Program-made: the position numbers and the translations under genes
Sequence record: MT740731.2
Source of the DNA: Ralstonia phage Claudette
DNA: 43,169 bases
Strand: one strand, 5' to 3'
Shown here: piece by piece, positions 9,737 through 18,716 of the stretch
Numbering within the stretch: position 1 is the first letter of the stretch
Layout of the letters: each line of letters begins with the position of its first letter
Notes under the pieces: generated by a model
Database searches by the model: none
Told to the model about the DNA's origin: nothing
The model's input: the letters and a program-made list of their open reading frames with translations, nothing else

Positions 9737-10210
9737 TTACTGGCTGGTGCCCTGCACGTAGAACAGGATCAGCGCGATCGTCTTGCCAGCGGCGCCCGTG
9801 GCCGGGCCGGCGGCGACCTTCACGCCCACCGAGCGGTGATCTTCCGCCTTCTGGATGCGGAAGGCGCTCGATGCCGTTGCGCGCACGACGCCGCCGGCTT
9901 GGCCGACAGTCGACGCGGCAAACAGCTCGTTGCCGCAGGTGCGCGCCGGGTCGTTCTTGCCGACCGGGCCGGACATGATGCCGACGTCGAGCGTGATGGT
10001 CGGCGCGCCGCCGGTGTCGAGATCGTCGACGTCCAGGATCGCCTCCACCGGGACAGCGTTGCCCGGCAGAACGCCAAGCTCGATGATGTCGCCAGCGGCC
10101 GGCGCGTTCTTCAGCGTGATGTCGAAGCGGCAGGCGGTAACGTCGCCAGCGCAATCGGGCACGGGCGTCATGCGAATGCCCTGCGCGAAATCGGATTGGA
10201 TCAAAGCCAT
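9737..10210 (-). CDS. Capsid decoration-like protein
   Basis: 157-aa beta-rich ORF immediately downstream of the major capsid gene. Confidence 0.5.
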   Translation of the reverse strand: MALIQSDFAQGIRMTPVPDCAGDVTACRFDITLKNAPAAGDIIELGVLPGNAVPVEAILDVDDLDTGGAPTITLDVGIMSGPVGKNDPARTCGNELFAASTVGQAGGVVRATASSAFRIQKAEDHRSVGVKVAAGPATGAAGKTIALILFYVQGTSQ

Positions 10211-10287
10211 GATGTTGCTCCTGAGAAGGTGGATTGCACGGTGCTACAGCCAGCGGCCGAAGCCGCCAGCCTTTGCGTCCGATCCGG

Positions 10288-11397
10288 TTAAGCCGGGTTG
10301 TTCGGGTTCGGGTCTTTGGCGTAGGTGTCGATCGAGATCACACCGAAGTCGCGGTCGTTGAAGCGCGTCTTCTTGATGCCAGCGATGAAGCCCGAGGCGA
10401 CGGTCGGCTCGTTGCCGTAGTCCTTCGTCTCTTCCTGCCAGTCGTAGCGCAGGCCGCCCTTGGTGCCGTAGGCCACGACAGCAGCCTGACGACCCATGAA
10501 CAGCGCACGCGCAGCCGGCTGGTCAGAGCCCGCGCCGTAGTCGCTGAAGCGAACCACGTTGCGGTGCGAGTGCAGCACCGTGTTGCCGATCATGCCCAAG
10601 CCACCCTTGAAGATCGGGTTGTTGCGGCCTTCAGCAGCGGCGGCGGCCTTCTGGATTTCCAGCCAGCCGGCGGCGTCCGACGTGCGCAGGCTGTGCTCCT
10701 GGAAGGGCGACATCACACACACGTAGCGGTCTTCGCCTTCCACGCTGACCGGCACCATGTTCGCCGTTTCCGGGTCTTGGGCCTGCATCATGGTGGCCTG
10801 CACGTTGGCGCGCTCGATCACCACGCGCGACATGGTGTCGGTGTTGGCGAGGCTGGCCTTGCTCGTCGCCACGCCGCCGTACAGCAGGTGAGCTGCATCC
10901 GGCGTGTTGAACGGGTTCTTCGCGTAGCCGGTGAACGACGTCGGCAGGATGAAGTCCTTGTTGATGCCGCGCGCGCCCGACAGGTACATGAAGAACAGTT
11001 CGTCGGTGAGCTGGTAGAAGTAGTCACCCAGGCGGTCGCGGCCGGTCTTGCGCAGGTCGTGCGCAGTGCGCTTGCGCGACATGCGGCCACCAGCGGACAC
11101 CGAGTGACGCACCTGATCGATGATCACTTCGTCGGTGTAGAACTTGAGGTTTTCTTCCTTGCCCTCGACGCGATCGTCACCGAACGTCGGCTGGCCGCGC
11201 AGACGGACAGACAGGTCGAACGACACGCGGTCGCCGGCGTCGCTCTCAACTTCGGTCTTGCGCTGGATGACGGCGTTTTCGCTGGTGCCGATGAATCGCG
11301 ACTCGAAGTAGCTCTTTTTCCGAATGTCGACGGCGAGTTCGCTACTCCATTTTTTCTGAGCTTTGGGATCGCCGAACGCGATAACGGTGCTGGACAT
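10288..11397 (-). CDS. Major capsid protein, N4-gp56 family
   Basis: 369 aa; KKWSSELAVDIRKKSYFESRFIGTSENAVIQRKTEVESDAGDRVSFDLSVRLRG... Confidence 0.85.
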   Translation of the reverse strand: MSSTVIAFGDPKAQKKWSSELAVDIRKKSYFESRFIGTSENAVIQRKTEVESDAGDRVSFDLSVRLRGQPTFGDDRVEGKEENLKFYTDEVIIDQVRHSVSAGGRMSRKRTAHDLRKTGRDRLGDYFYQLTDELFFMYLSGARGINKDFILPTSFTGYAKNPFNTPDAAHLLYGGVATSKASLANTDTMSRVVIERANVQATMMQAQDPETANMVPVSVEGEDRYVCVMSPFQEHSLRTSDAAGWLEIQKAAAAAEGRNNPIFKGGLGMIGNTVLHSHRNVVRFSDYGAGSDQPAARALFMGRQAAVVAYGTKGGLRYDWQEETKDYGNEPTVASGFIAGIKKTRFNDRDFGVISIDTYAKDPNPNNPA

Positions 11398-11460
11398 GGG
11401 AGTGTGCTCCTAATGGTTGATAGGGATCAACCCACACTCCTGCGTTGGTCGACTGGTCCG

Positions 11461-11489
11461 ATTTTATTACCGGTCGTTCTGATTTGCAA
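11461..11489 (-). promoter_or_regulatory. Strong sigma70-like promoter for the capsid operon
   Basis: - strand TTGCAA-N17-TAAAAT, ~65 nt upstream of the capsid ATG. Confidence 0.6.
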
Positions 11490-11590
11490 CAACGACTGAT
11501 ATACTTGTTTCGTGGCTAGCTCGACGGAGCGAACAGCGGACGGACCATCCGCTTGCCACTCCTACAAGGTCGCCCCACAAAGGAGTCATT

Positions 11591-12076
11591 GTGGAACTTA
11601 CCCAGGCTCGCATCCGCGAGCTATTTGGCTATTGCGACGGGAAGCTAGTAAGCAAAGTCGATCGCCACACTCTAAAAGCCGGAACTGAGATCACGGGTAC
11701 GATAAACAGCAAGGGCTATCTTTGCGTGTGGTTTGACGGCAAGTCGCACCTAGTTCACCGGGTGATTTTCTTGTTGCATCACGGCTACCTCCCTGAAGAA
11801 ATCGACCACAGGGATTTGGACAAGTTAAACAACAGAATCGATAACCTGAGAGATGCAAGCCATGGGCAGAACATGGCGAATCGCGGGATATTCGACAGCA
11901 ACAGGTCCGGCTACAAAGGCGTGCATTGGAGCAAGCGGCGCGGAAAGTGGGAGGCCAGCATCCGCAGCAATGGCAAACTGATGTTCCTCGGATACTTCAG
12001 CGACCCAAAGGATGCGCATGAAGCATACAAGAAAGCCGCCGAGAGACTTCACGGCGACTTTGCAAGGGTTGCTTAG
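11591..12076 (+). CDS. HNH homing endonuclease with AP2-type DNA-binding C-terminus
   Basis: VHRVIFLLHHGYLPEEIDHRDLDKLNNRIDNLRDASHGQNMANR + GYKGVHWSKRRGKWEASIRSNGKLMFLGYFSDPKDAHEAYKKAAERLHGDFA; opposite strand to structural genes. Confidence 0.9.
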   Translation: MELTQARIRELFGYCDGKLVSKVDRHTLKAGTEITGTINSKGYLCVWFDGKSHLVHRVIFLLHHGYLPEEIDHRDLDKLNNRIDNLRDASHGQNMANRGIFDSNRSGYKGVHWSKRRGKWEASIRSNGKLMFLGYFSDPKDAHEAYKKAAERLHGDFARVA

Positions 12077-12270
12077 GATTTTCCTGTGATTCCAACCTGC
12101 GCGGCAATCTGCGCCGCGCTATGTTGGCCTGTCCGGCGGATCGGCACTTTACGATCGGCCTGGATTGCCAGCCGAGCCAGTTTCCCGCTCTTTTCCTCAA
12201 GCGTCACCACGGCGTAGTCGCCGATGGCGATGCTCTCCCCTGGCTTCAGGTCGATGCGTAGCGTGCCCAT
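12073..12270 (-). CDS. CsrA/RsmA-like small protein
   Basis: LKPGESIAIGDYAVVTLEEKSGKLARLAIQADRKVPIRRT lines up with the CsrA core pattern GExxxIGDxxxVxV...G..RxGxxAPxxVxxxR. Confidence 0.55.
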   Translation of the reverse strand: MGTLRIDLKPGESIAIGDYAVVTLEEKSGKLARLAIQADRKVPIRRTGQHSAAQIAAQVGITGKS

Positions 12271-12285
12271 ATTCCCCCGGATGGT

Positions 12286-13227
12286 TTAGCGCGCTGCCAG
12301 ATACGCGTCGCGCTCGCCGGCCGACATCTTCGCCAGCGCATCCTCGTGAGCGAGCGGATCGGTTTCCAGCAGTCGGTCGAGCGCGGCGTACTTGCCGCCC
12401 TGGGTGTCGTTGTTCTCGGCGGCCGGCAGCTTGCCCAGCGTCGGCGGAACGTCGACCTTCGGGGGCGGCTTCTTCTCGCCCTTGCCGTTGCCCTCGTCCT
12501 TCTTCGCCGGCGCGGCCACGCCGAACGCCTTTTGCAGCTCCTCGTGCGCCTTGGCGAGCACCTGCGGGCCGGTCATCTTCGCCGCTTCAGGAGCGCCGCC
12601 GATCTTGCGCACCATCATGTCGAGCGCCTGATAACGCACGTCGCTGGCGCGGTATTCCGGGTTGGCGTCCAGGAAGGAGTTGACGTCGCGGTTCCAGTCG
12701 TTGATCGTCTGCTGCTGCTGCATCTCGGCCGCCATCTCGGCCTTGAGCTGGGCGCGCTCGATCGCCTTCTCCTCCTTCGTGATCTCGTCACGCGCGGATT
12801 CGAGTTCGTCGAACGTGATGTCGCCGTCGTCGTACTGCTTGCGCAGGTCGGCCCGCTTGTCGGCCAGCCCCTTCAGCTTGGCGTCGGCGTCTTCCGGCAC
12901 CTCAGCGACGTAGACGGGCATCGACTTGCTGCCCGTGTCCACCGCGCCGCCGTCGCCTTCCCCGCCACCTTCGCCCGCGCCAGCGCCGCCATCTTCGCCA
13001 CCTGCGCCGGCATCGGCACCAGCGCCAGCGCCAGCATTGGCGCCGTCATCGCCCTCGCCGCCGGCGTTTTTGGCACCAGCACCTTCGCCTGTTCCTTCTC
13101 CGGCGCCATCATCGCCGCCCGCGCCACCGTCTTCGCCGCCGGCAGCGCCACCGTCGTCATCGTTGAGCGCAGCCAGCTCCTCGGGCGTCAGGCCGTCAAG
13201 CAGTTCGTCGCTGTGTTTGGTCGTCAT
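12286..13227 (-). CDS. Scaffolding-like protein (acidic, coiled coil)
   Basis: 313 aa between portal and capsid; acidic Gly/Ala-rich N-term and KAEMAAEMQQQQTINDWNRDVNSFL. Confidence 0.65.
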   Translation of the reverse strand: MTTKHSDELLDGLTPEELAALNDDDGGAAGGEDGGAGGDDGAGEGTGEGAGAKNAGGEGDDGANAGAGAGADAGAGGEDGGAGAGEGGGEGDGGAVDTGSKSMPVYVAEVPEDADAKLKGLADKRADLRKQYDDGDITFDELESARDEITKEEKAIERAQLKAEMAAEMQQQQTINDWNRDVNSFLDANPEYRASDVRYQALDMMVRKIGGAPEAAKMTGPQVLAKAHEELQKAFGVAAPAKKDEGNGKGEKKPPPKVDVPPTLGKLPAAENNDTQGGKYAALDRLLETDPLAHEDALAKMSAGERDAYLAAR

Positions 13228-13237
13228 CTCAGTCCCT

Positions 13238-15583
13238 TCACTGTTGGAGAGTTTGATCCGGCGTCACGGGTTCGCCGGTATTGCTCGGTGCCGCACCATT
13301 CAACTGCTCGGGAGACGGCGACACGGCCGGCTCCTGGGGCGGTTGCGGTTGCGGCTGTTGTGGCGGAAGCCCTTGCGCTGCCGGGTTCACCGCCTGCTGC
13401 GGCGCTGGCGTGTGCAGTCCACCCGCCGGCGCAATGCCGTTGTTCTCGTAGCCGGCCTCGACCAGCACCGCGTCGCCGACCTTGGCGATGGTCGGCATGG
13501 TCACGATGGCCGTGGCCGCCTCCATGGCCGCCGCGATCGACGTGACGTTGGTGTTGACCGTCTGGCGGCGCACCTGTTCCGCCTGGGCGGCGCGCAGGTC
13601 TGCATTCGCTTGCGCGGCGACGGCATCGGCCTGGGCCTTGCCGGCCTTGCCCTGCTTCTCGGCCAGCTCGGCCATGAACATCGATTCTTGCGCCTGGGCC
13701 TGCTTGGCAGCGGCTTCCTGCTGTTGCATCTCCTCGGGCGTCGGCTCGGTCGCGTCGGGGTCGCGCATGCCGTTGATCTGGCGGATGCGCTTCACGATCT
13801 CGTTGCGGTTCGGCAGGTCCGTGGAATCGGCCCACAGGTCGAGCATCACGAGGCCCACCTGCGGCGGCATCTTCATGATCATCTGCGAGAGCTGCTCGGA
13901 TGCTGCCTGACGGTAGGTCGCGCGCCAATCCGATTCGCCGATGATGAAGTCGGCCTTCGTGCGCACGATGTCGTTTTCCGGCAGGCCGTCGTTGACCGTG
14001 ATGAAGTCGGCCTTGCCGCGCTCGTTGGTGATGCGGAAGGTCTTTTCTTCCGTCACGAACTGCTCGATGAGGGACAGCTGAATCTCGCCCTGCATCTGAA
14101 CGGCGAAGCGCAGGTTGTCGAACAGCTTGTTCGTGGCGACCGTGCCCTGCTCCTGGCGGGCCTGGATCGCCACGCCGGACACGGCATTCGTCGAGCGCCC
14201 CATCAGCTCGTCCGTCACGCCGCCGACCTGCTGCAACATCTGGATGTCGCGGCTCATCATGTCCATGTGAGCGGCGGCCAGCTCGCGGTCGACGTTCAGC
14301 TCGATCTGCTTGCCCGGCTTCTTGACGAGCACGGCATCCGGGCGTGCGACCTCCTCGCGGAACTCCTCGATGTCCTCGACCGCGCCCTCGTCCATCACGA
14401 CCTTGTTGGACGACAGGATGTAGAGCGCCTTGCTCGCGCGCTTGTTGATGTCGTCCTGGATGTCGCGCATCCAGCGGATCACGCCGTATGGCAGGTTGTC
14501 GCGGCCACGGCGGAAGCCCCAAATCGGGGTGAGGCTGAATCGGTTGTGGCGGAACGGGCTGGCGGCCTCGAACAGCATGTCGCGGCTGGTGAAGATCGCC
14601 ACGCGCACGCGCATGGTGACGCGCTCGCCCAGGCTGTACATGCCGCTGTCCCGCGCCTCGACGTGCGCCGGGTTGCTCTCGTCGAACATCTCGCCGCGCA
14701 GGTCGCCGCTCAGGAACTTGGTGACGCGCATCGGCATGCGGTACCAGCACTCGATCAGGCGCACGCGCTGGCGCTTGTGGGTCGAGACGGTGCGGGACTG
14801 GCTGTAGGTGTCGCGGTCGAACTCGGCCCAATCCATGGCCTCGTCGCCGTCTTCCTCCGAGTAGTTGCCGTACCGCTCGGCGGCGACGGCCGCCTTCTTG
14901 ATCTCGTCGGCGCGGTCGGGCACCAGCGCGCACGCCACGTCAACGTCCAGCCACTTCGGCCGGAAGATGTAGCGCATGTCGCTGCCGTCCAGCTCGGTCG
15001 ACGCGCTGTCGAAGATCACGTTGCGCCAGCTCTCGTAGCGCGAGTAGATCGGCTCGCCGTCCGTGCTGTCGTCGTAGCTGTCCTCGACCCAGCCCAGGCC
15101 GACCTTGACCGTATCCTCGAACGCGCGCGAGCGGTGGAACGGCAGTCGGTTGACGTCCGACATGTACTTGAGGAGCTTGGTCTTTGCTTCGGCCGGCTTC
15201 GCGTCGGCCTTCTTGCGCGGCAGGATGTTGAAGTCCGTGCGCCCGCGCTTCTCGCTGCCGATGATCCAGTTGACCGACTGCGCGATCACGTTGAAGACGA
15301 GCGGCGCCTGCCCGCGCTCCTTGAGCACCTGGGCGTCGGCCTCCGTCCACTGGATGCTGTCGTAGTAGTCCTCGTCGACCGCCATCTGAAAGCGGTTCTC
15401 GGCTTGGCGGTCCAGCTCCTGGTGCAGGTACGACCGGAGACGACGATGCAGCTCCTTCATCGGATCGCTGTCCAGGGCATGCGATGGCGGCGCGTCATCC
15501 TTGCCCGGCTCCTCGGTGGGCATCCGGGCCTCGGGATGATCAGCGATCAGCCGCGTGTTCTGGTCGTCGTTAAGGTCGAACAC
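13238..15583 (-). CDS. Portal protein (P22-like)
   Basis: 781 aa; ADAQVLKERGQAPLVFNVIAQSVNWIIGSEKRGRTDFNILPRKK; SGVAIQARQEQGTVATNKLFDNLRFAVQMQGEIQLSLIEQ. Confidence 0.85.
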   Translation of the reverse strand: MFDLNDDQNTRLIADHPEARMPTEEPGKDDAPPSHALDSDPMKELHRRLRSYLHQELDRQAENRFQMAVDEDYYDSIQWTEADAQVLKERGQAPLVFNVIAQSVNWIIGSEKRGRTDFNILPRKKADAKPAEAKTKLLKYMSDVNRLPFHRSRAFEDTVKVGLGWVEDSYDDSTDGEPIYSRYESWRNVIFDSASTELDGSDMRYIFRPKWLDVDVACALVPDRADEIKKAAVAAERYGNYSEEDGDEAMDWAEFDRDTYSQSRTVSTHKRQRVRLIECWYRMPMRVTKFLSGDLRGEMFDESNPAHVEARDSGMYSLGERVTMRVRVAIFTSRDMLFEAASPFRHNRFSLTPIWGFRRGRDNLPYGVIRWMRDIQDDINKRASKALYILSSNKVVMDEGAVEDIEEFREEVARPDAVLVKKPGKQIELNVDRELAAAHMDMMSRDIQMLQQVGGVTDELMGRSTNAVSGVAIQARQEQGTVATNKLFDNLRFAVQMQGEIQLSLIEQFVTEEKTFRITNERGKADFITVNDGLPENDIVRTKADFIIGESDWRATYRQAASEQLSQMIMKMPPQVGLVMLDLWADSTDLPNRNEIVKRIRQINGMRDPDATEPTPEEMQQQEAAAKQAQAQESMFMAELAEKQGKAGKAQADAVAAQANADLRAAQAEQVRRQTVNTNVTSIAAAMEAATAIVTMPTIAKVGDAVLVEAGYENNGIAPAGGLHTPAPQQAVNPAAQGLPPQQPQPQPPQEPAVSPSPEQLNGAAPSNTGEPVTPDQTLQQ

Positions 15584-15598
15584 TCTGCCTCCAGGCGA

Positions 15599-16021
15599 TT
15601 AGAGCGGGGCCTGCTCGTGGCTGACGATCTCCACGGATCGCTTGCGGCCGTCGACGCTCACGGTGGCATCGGCCACGACAACAGCCTGCGTCGGCTCCGG
15701 CGGCATCTCGATCAGGTCTTGCAGGTGATCGTGGATGATGTTCGCAATCCGGTGCGTCAGCGCCAAACCCGGCTCGAACCCCATGCCCTGCGCGAACTCG
15801 TGCGCCGCGCGGGCCAAATAACGGGGGTCATTGTACAGGTATGCGCTCGAAAGCGCCACGCAGCACGGCTTACCGCCGAAGCGGCGCGACATGAGCACCA
15901 GCGCCGGCTCGGTGTGGTCGTCGTCGCCTCGCGGCACCCACGTGCCGTAGAGCGTGATGTCCCCGATGTTGCGCGTGAAGTGGCAACGGGTAAGGTCAAG
16001 GAAGTGTTTGCGCTCGCTCAT
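15599..16021 (-). CDS. Hypothetical protein between portal and terminase
   Basis: Start MSERKHFLDLTRC overlaps terL stop (TGATG-type coupling); the longer supplied start lies inside terL. Confidence 0.6.
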   Translation of the reverse strand: MSERKHFLDLTRCHFTRNIGDITLYGTWVPRGDDDHTEPALVLMSRRFGGKPCCVALSSAYLYNDPRYLARAAHEFAQGMGFEPGLALTHRIANIIHDHLQDLIEMPPEPTQAVVVADATVSVDGRKRSVEIVSHEQAPL

Positions 16022-18357
16022 GCGATTCTCCAGGAGTTTGGGCGCTTGCGTTTGGCTGCGCCCCTGTTCACGTTGATCAAGCCACCGGCGAACGCCTGCG
16101 CGAGCTGGCGCAGCGCGTCGGCCGCTTCGGAGTGGCCGCCAGCCTTGTCGGGCACGGTCGACCAGCATGCCTGCCGGTCATTCCACTTCTTGCGGTAGTT
16201 CTCGATGTGGATGATACCGGGCTTTGTGTGCTCATCGTCGAACCACAGCAGCGGGAACATGTCGCGCGTCTGCTGGATGCCCCAATTGACATCTTCGATG
16301 CGCGGCACGATCTCGAAGCGCACGCCCGGCATCAGCTCCTCAAGCATCTGCTTCGGGCTCTTGTTGACGGTCTGGCCCTGGCGGATGTGGTCTGCGTCAT
16401 GCGGCAGGTACATCGTGTCCCACACCATTCCGAGACCTTGCAGCCAGCGCACGGCGTGGCTGTACGGCTCACCCCACGCCTCGTAGAAGCGGATGCAGCG
16501 CCACTCGTTCCCGATCTTCTGCACGACCCATATGGCCGTGCCGTCGCTGTTGCCAATGTCCCACACTGTGTAGCAAGGCACTCCAGGCATGACCGGCAGC
16601 CGCGTGATGCGGCCGTCCTTGCGCACCTGCGCGAGCTGCTGGGCGTAGTAGGTTCCTTCCATGCTGATGCTGAACGCCTCATCGAACGTTGACGGAAACT
16701 CCTGAAACATCATCTGATGATCGCCGGCGAATAGCTGGCGCCGCGTCGTCACGTACCAAGCGCGCTTGCGCGGCGGCAGCGCCTGCCCGATCAGAGACTC
16801 GATCCTGTCGAAATACTCGTGATCCTTCTCGGTGATGATGACGCCCGCCGGGTCCAGCTCGTACTCGTCGGCGTCCCACCAGCTTGCGAAGTGCAGGCGG
16901 AAGTCCAGCGGCGTCAGCTTGCGCCCCTCGTCCTGCGCGGCCTTGGCATCGTGCGACATGTCGTAGAACGCGCCGTCGCGGCCCTCTGCCGTCGACTCGA
17001 CGAATACGATGCCGTCGATCGGCACGGCAGGCAGCGTTCCTGTCAGCACCTCGCGCGCCTTGTCCGGGTACTTGGCGCTGATCTTTCCGAACTCCGAGAC
17101 GTGGACAAAGTTCGGCGTACCGCCGCGCATCGATGTGCCGACCCGCACGCCCGAGCCGTTGGCAAACTTCATCTCCGTCGTCGTGCTGCGCGTTATTGGC
17201 ACCATCTGCTTGATGGTGTCCGGCAGGTTGTCGTATGCGAGCTTGATCTTGCTCTCGAAAATCTCCTGCGCGGTCGGCAAGTCCTGGGCGATGATGCCGA
17301 CGTCTGACCCTGGCTTGAACAGTGCGGTGTCCAGGCCCATGAGCTGAATGAGAGTTGAGTTGTGAGAGACGAACCCCTCCGCGATGAAGGTCTTGGCCGA
17401 CGTCTGCAAGTCCACCATATCCATCTCGCCAAGCGGATCGATCGATGCGACTTTCGCCCAACCAATACCGCTTCGCTTCCCAGGAAGGTCTCGCCCGTCC
17501 CAAAATTCGTTCCCGATGAACCTGATCGGCCTCGTCTGCCCGATGATGCGGAACATCTCATCCATGCGCCCGACCACCAACTTCGGGACCGGCTGGCTTC
17601 CTTGTTTGCTTTCTCGCGTCGCAGCGTCGTCCTCCGTGCAGTAGTTGTAGCCGCGCGTGTCGAGGTACATCTCGAAGCGCGCCAGCGCTGGCCCGACAAC
17701 TTGACTGACGTTGATTGATGCCGCGACATTGCGCTTGGACATGTGGCCCTCGCCGTCGAGCATTCCACCGATCCACCCATCCTCGTATGAGGATTCACCC
17801 CATGGCTTTGTGACCCAACGGACAAGAGTCCCCGGCCTGATCTTGCACTTGTTATCGGACTCGATGGAGCGCCACTTGGTGCCAACTACAGCATCGGATG
17901 GCCGCGTGAGCCAGCGGTGATTCCCGGTGCACACAACTTCACGCCCGTCATCGAACAGCATTCGGTAGGCGTTACCACGCGTGATTGCGGTGGCCTCTAC
18001 CGTTGCTGTCCTCATCTTCCGCGACGGGCCTTTGCCGCCTGGGACGTCCTCATCGACGGCGACTAGCCGCGCACCCGGCTTTATGTCTCCGATCGGCACC
18101 CACTCAAGGGAAGCAGTAAGTACGCGTGTAGACGGATGCAGACAAAACCCTCTTTGGCGAGCTTTTGGAATCACATTTCTAAACCACATGCGCCGCAGAA
18201 GCTCCTCCTGCGCGTCGTTCGGCTTGAACGGCACGACCTGCTTCTGCTTGTTCTTGATCTTGTACAAGTGCCGTATCCGCCACTGCGGATCGCGCAGGCA
18301 GGCGACAATCTCCTCCTCGGTCTTCGGGAATGTGAATATTCTAGTGCCGCCCTCCAT
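16018..18357 (-). CDS. terL: Terminase large subunit containing an in-frame intein
   Basis: Extein pieces KPNDAQEELLRRMWFRNVIPKARQRGF + STLIQLMGLDTALFKPGSDVGIIAQDLPTAQEIFESKI...; VWDIGNSDGTAIWVVQKIGNEWRCIRFYEA nuclease region; start MEGGTRIF preferred over the supplied longer ORF. Confidence 0.88.
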   Translation of the reverse strand: MEGGTRIFTFPKTEEEIVACLRDPQWRIRHLYKIKNKQKQVVPFKPNDAQEELLRRMWFRNVIPKARQRGFCLHPSTRVLTASLEWVPIGDIKPGARLVAVDEDVPGGKGPSRKMRTATVEATAITRGNAYRMLFDDGREVVCTGNHRWLTRPSDAVVGTKWRSIESDNKCKIRPGTLVRWVTKPWGESSYEDGWIGGMLDGEGHMSKRNVAASINVSQVVGPALARFEMYLDTRGYNYCTEDDAATRESKQGSQPVPKLVVGRMDEMFRIIGQTRPIRFIGNEFWDGRDLPGKRSGIGWAKVASIDPLGEMDMVDLQTSAKTFIAEGFVSHNSTLIQLMGLDTALFKPGSDVGIIAQDLPTAQEIFESKIKLAYDNLPDTIKQMVPITRSTTTEMKFANGSGVRVGTSMRGGTPNFVHVSEFGKISAKYPDKAREVLTGTLPAVPIDGIVFVESTAEGRDGAFYDMSHDAKAAQDEGRKLTPLDFRLHFASWWDADEYELDPAGVIITEKDHEYFDRIESLIGQALPPRKRAWYVTTRRQLFAGDHQMMFQEFPSTFDEAFSISMEGTYYAQQLAQVRKDGRITRLPVMPGVPCYTVWDIGNSDGTAIWVVQKIGNEWRCIRFYEAWGEPYSHAVRWLQGLGMVWDTMYLPHDADHIRQGQTVNKSPKQMLEELMPGVRFEIVPRIEDVNWGIQQTRDMFPLLWFDDEHTKPGIIHIENYRKKWNDRQACWSTVPDKAGGHSEAADALRQLAQAFAGGLINVNRGAAKRKRPNSWRIA
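17359..18144 (-). mobile_element. Intein (262 aa) with a LAGLIDADG-like insert inside TerL
   Basis: Block A CLHPSTRVLTASLEWVPIGDIKPGARLVAVDED; block B VCTGNHRWLTR; IGGMLDGEGHM; C-terminal VDLQTSAKTFIAEGFVSHN with +1 Ser. Confidence 0.93.
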
Positions 18358-18426
18358 CGCGCCTCCAAAAGCAATCGTCAACACCATGTATTGTATGGTG
18401 CGGATCGGTGCAACGCCATGCAAGCT

Positions 18427-18618
18427 TTATGCTTTTCGCATGCGGCGCCACATATCCGTATGCTCGCCGAGCCATGTCACGCGCTTGATCTCGACGAGGC
18501 CGCGCGCGGCGAGCGCCTTGATCACGCGCGGCGACGCCTCGATGTACGGCGGGAAGCGCGCCCAATCACGCGGTGCGCGACGGAGCGCGTTGCACATTGC
18601 CTGCGTGAGTTGCGCCAT
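18427..18618 (-). CDS. Small hypothetical protein
   Basis: MAQLTQAMCNALRRAPRDWARFPPYIEASPRVIKALAARGLVEIKRVTW; coupled to upstream small ORF. Confidence 0.5.
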   Translation of the reverse strand: MAQLTQAMCNALRRAPRDWARFPPYIEASPRVIKALAARGLVEIKRVTWLGEHTDMWRRMRKA

Positions 18619-18716
18619 CACTCCCGATCCTCCGAGCGGTCGCGCTTGCGGCGCTTGCCGGCTACCTCGGCGCAGACGATGTACCAGAACAACATGGGAT
18701 AGAAGAAGAGCGGCAT
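18618..18716 (-). CDS. Very small membrane protein (MPLFFYPMLFWYIVCAEVAGKRRKRDRSEDRE)
   Basis: 32-codon ORF below the ORF-track cut-off, hydrophobic N-term then basic tail, start/stop overlap with both neighbours. Confidence 0.45.
   Translation of the reverse strand: MPLFFYPMLFWYIVCAEVAGKRRKRDRSEDRE

Noticed and set aside
7372-9761. 399-aa and 427-aa + strand ORFs
   Set aside because: Antisense shadows of well-tiled - strand structural genes.
10234-11499. 421-aa + strand ORF
   Set aside because: Antisense to the N4-gp56-like capsid gene.
12926-16198. Very long + strand ORF (1090 aa)
   Set aside because: Low-complexity Pro/Ser/Ala-rich shadow of the - strand scaffold, portal and downstream genes, produced by high GC codon bias; the - strand proteins have recognisable families.
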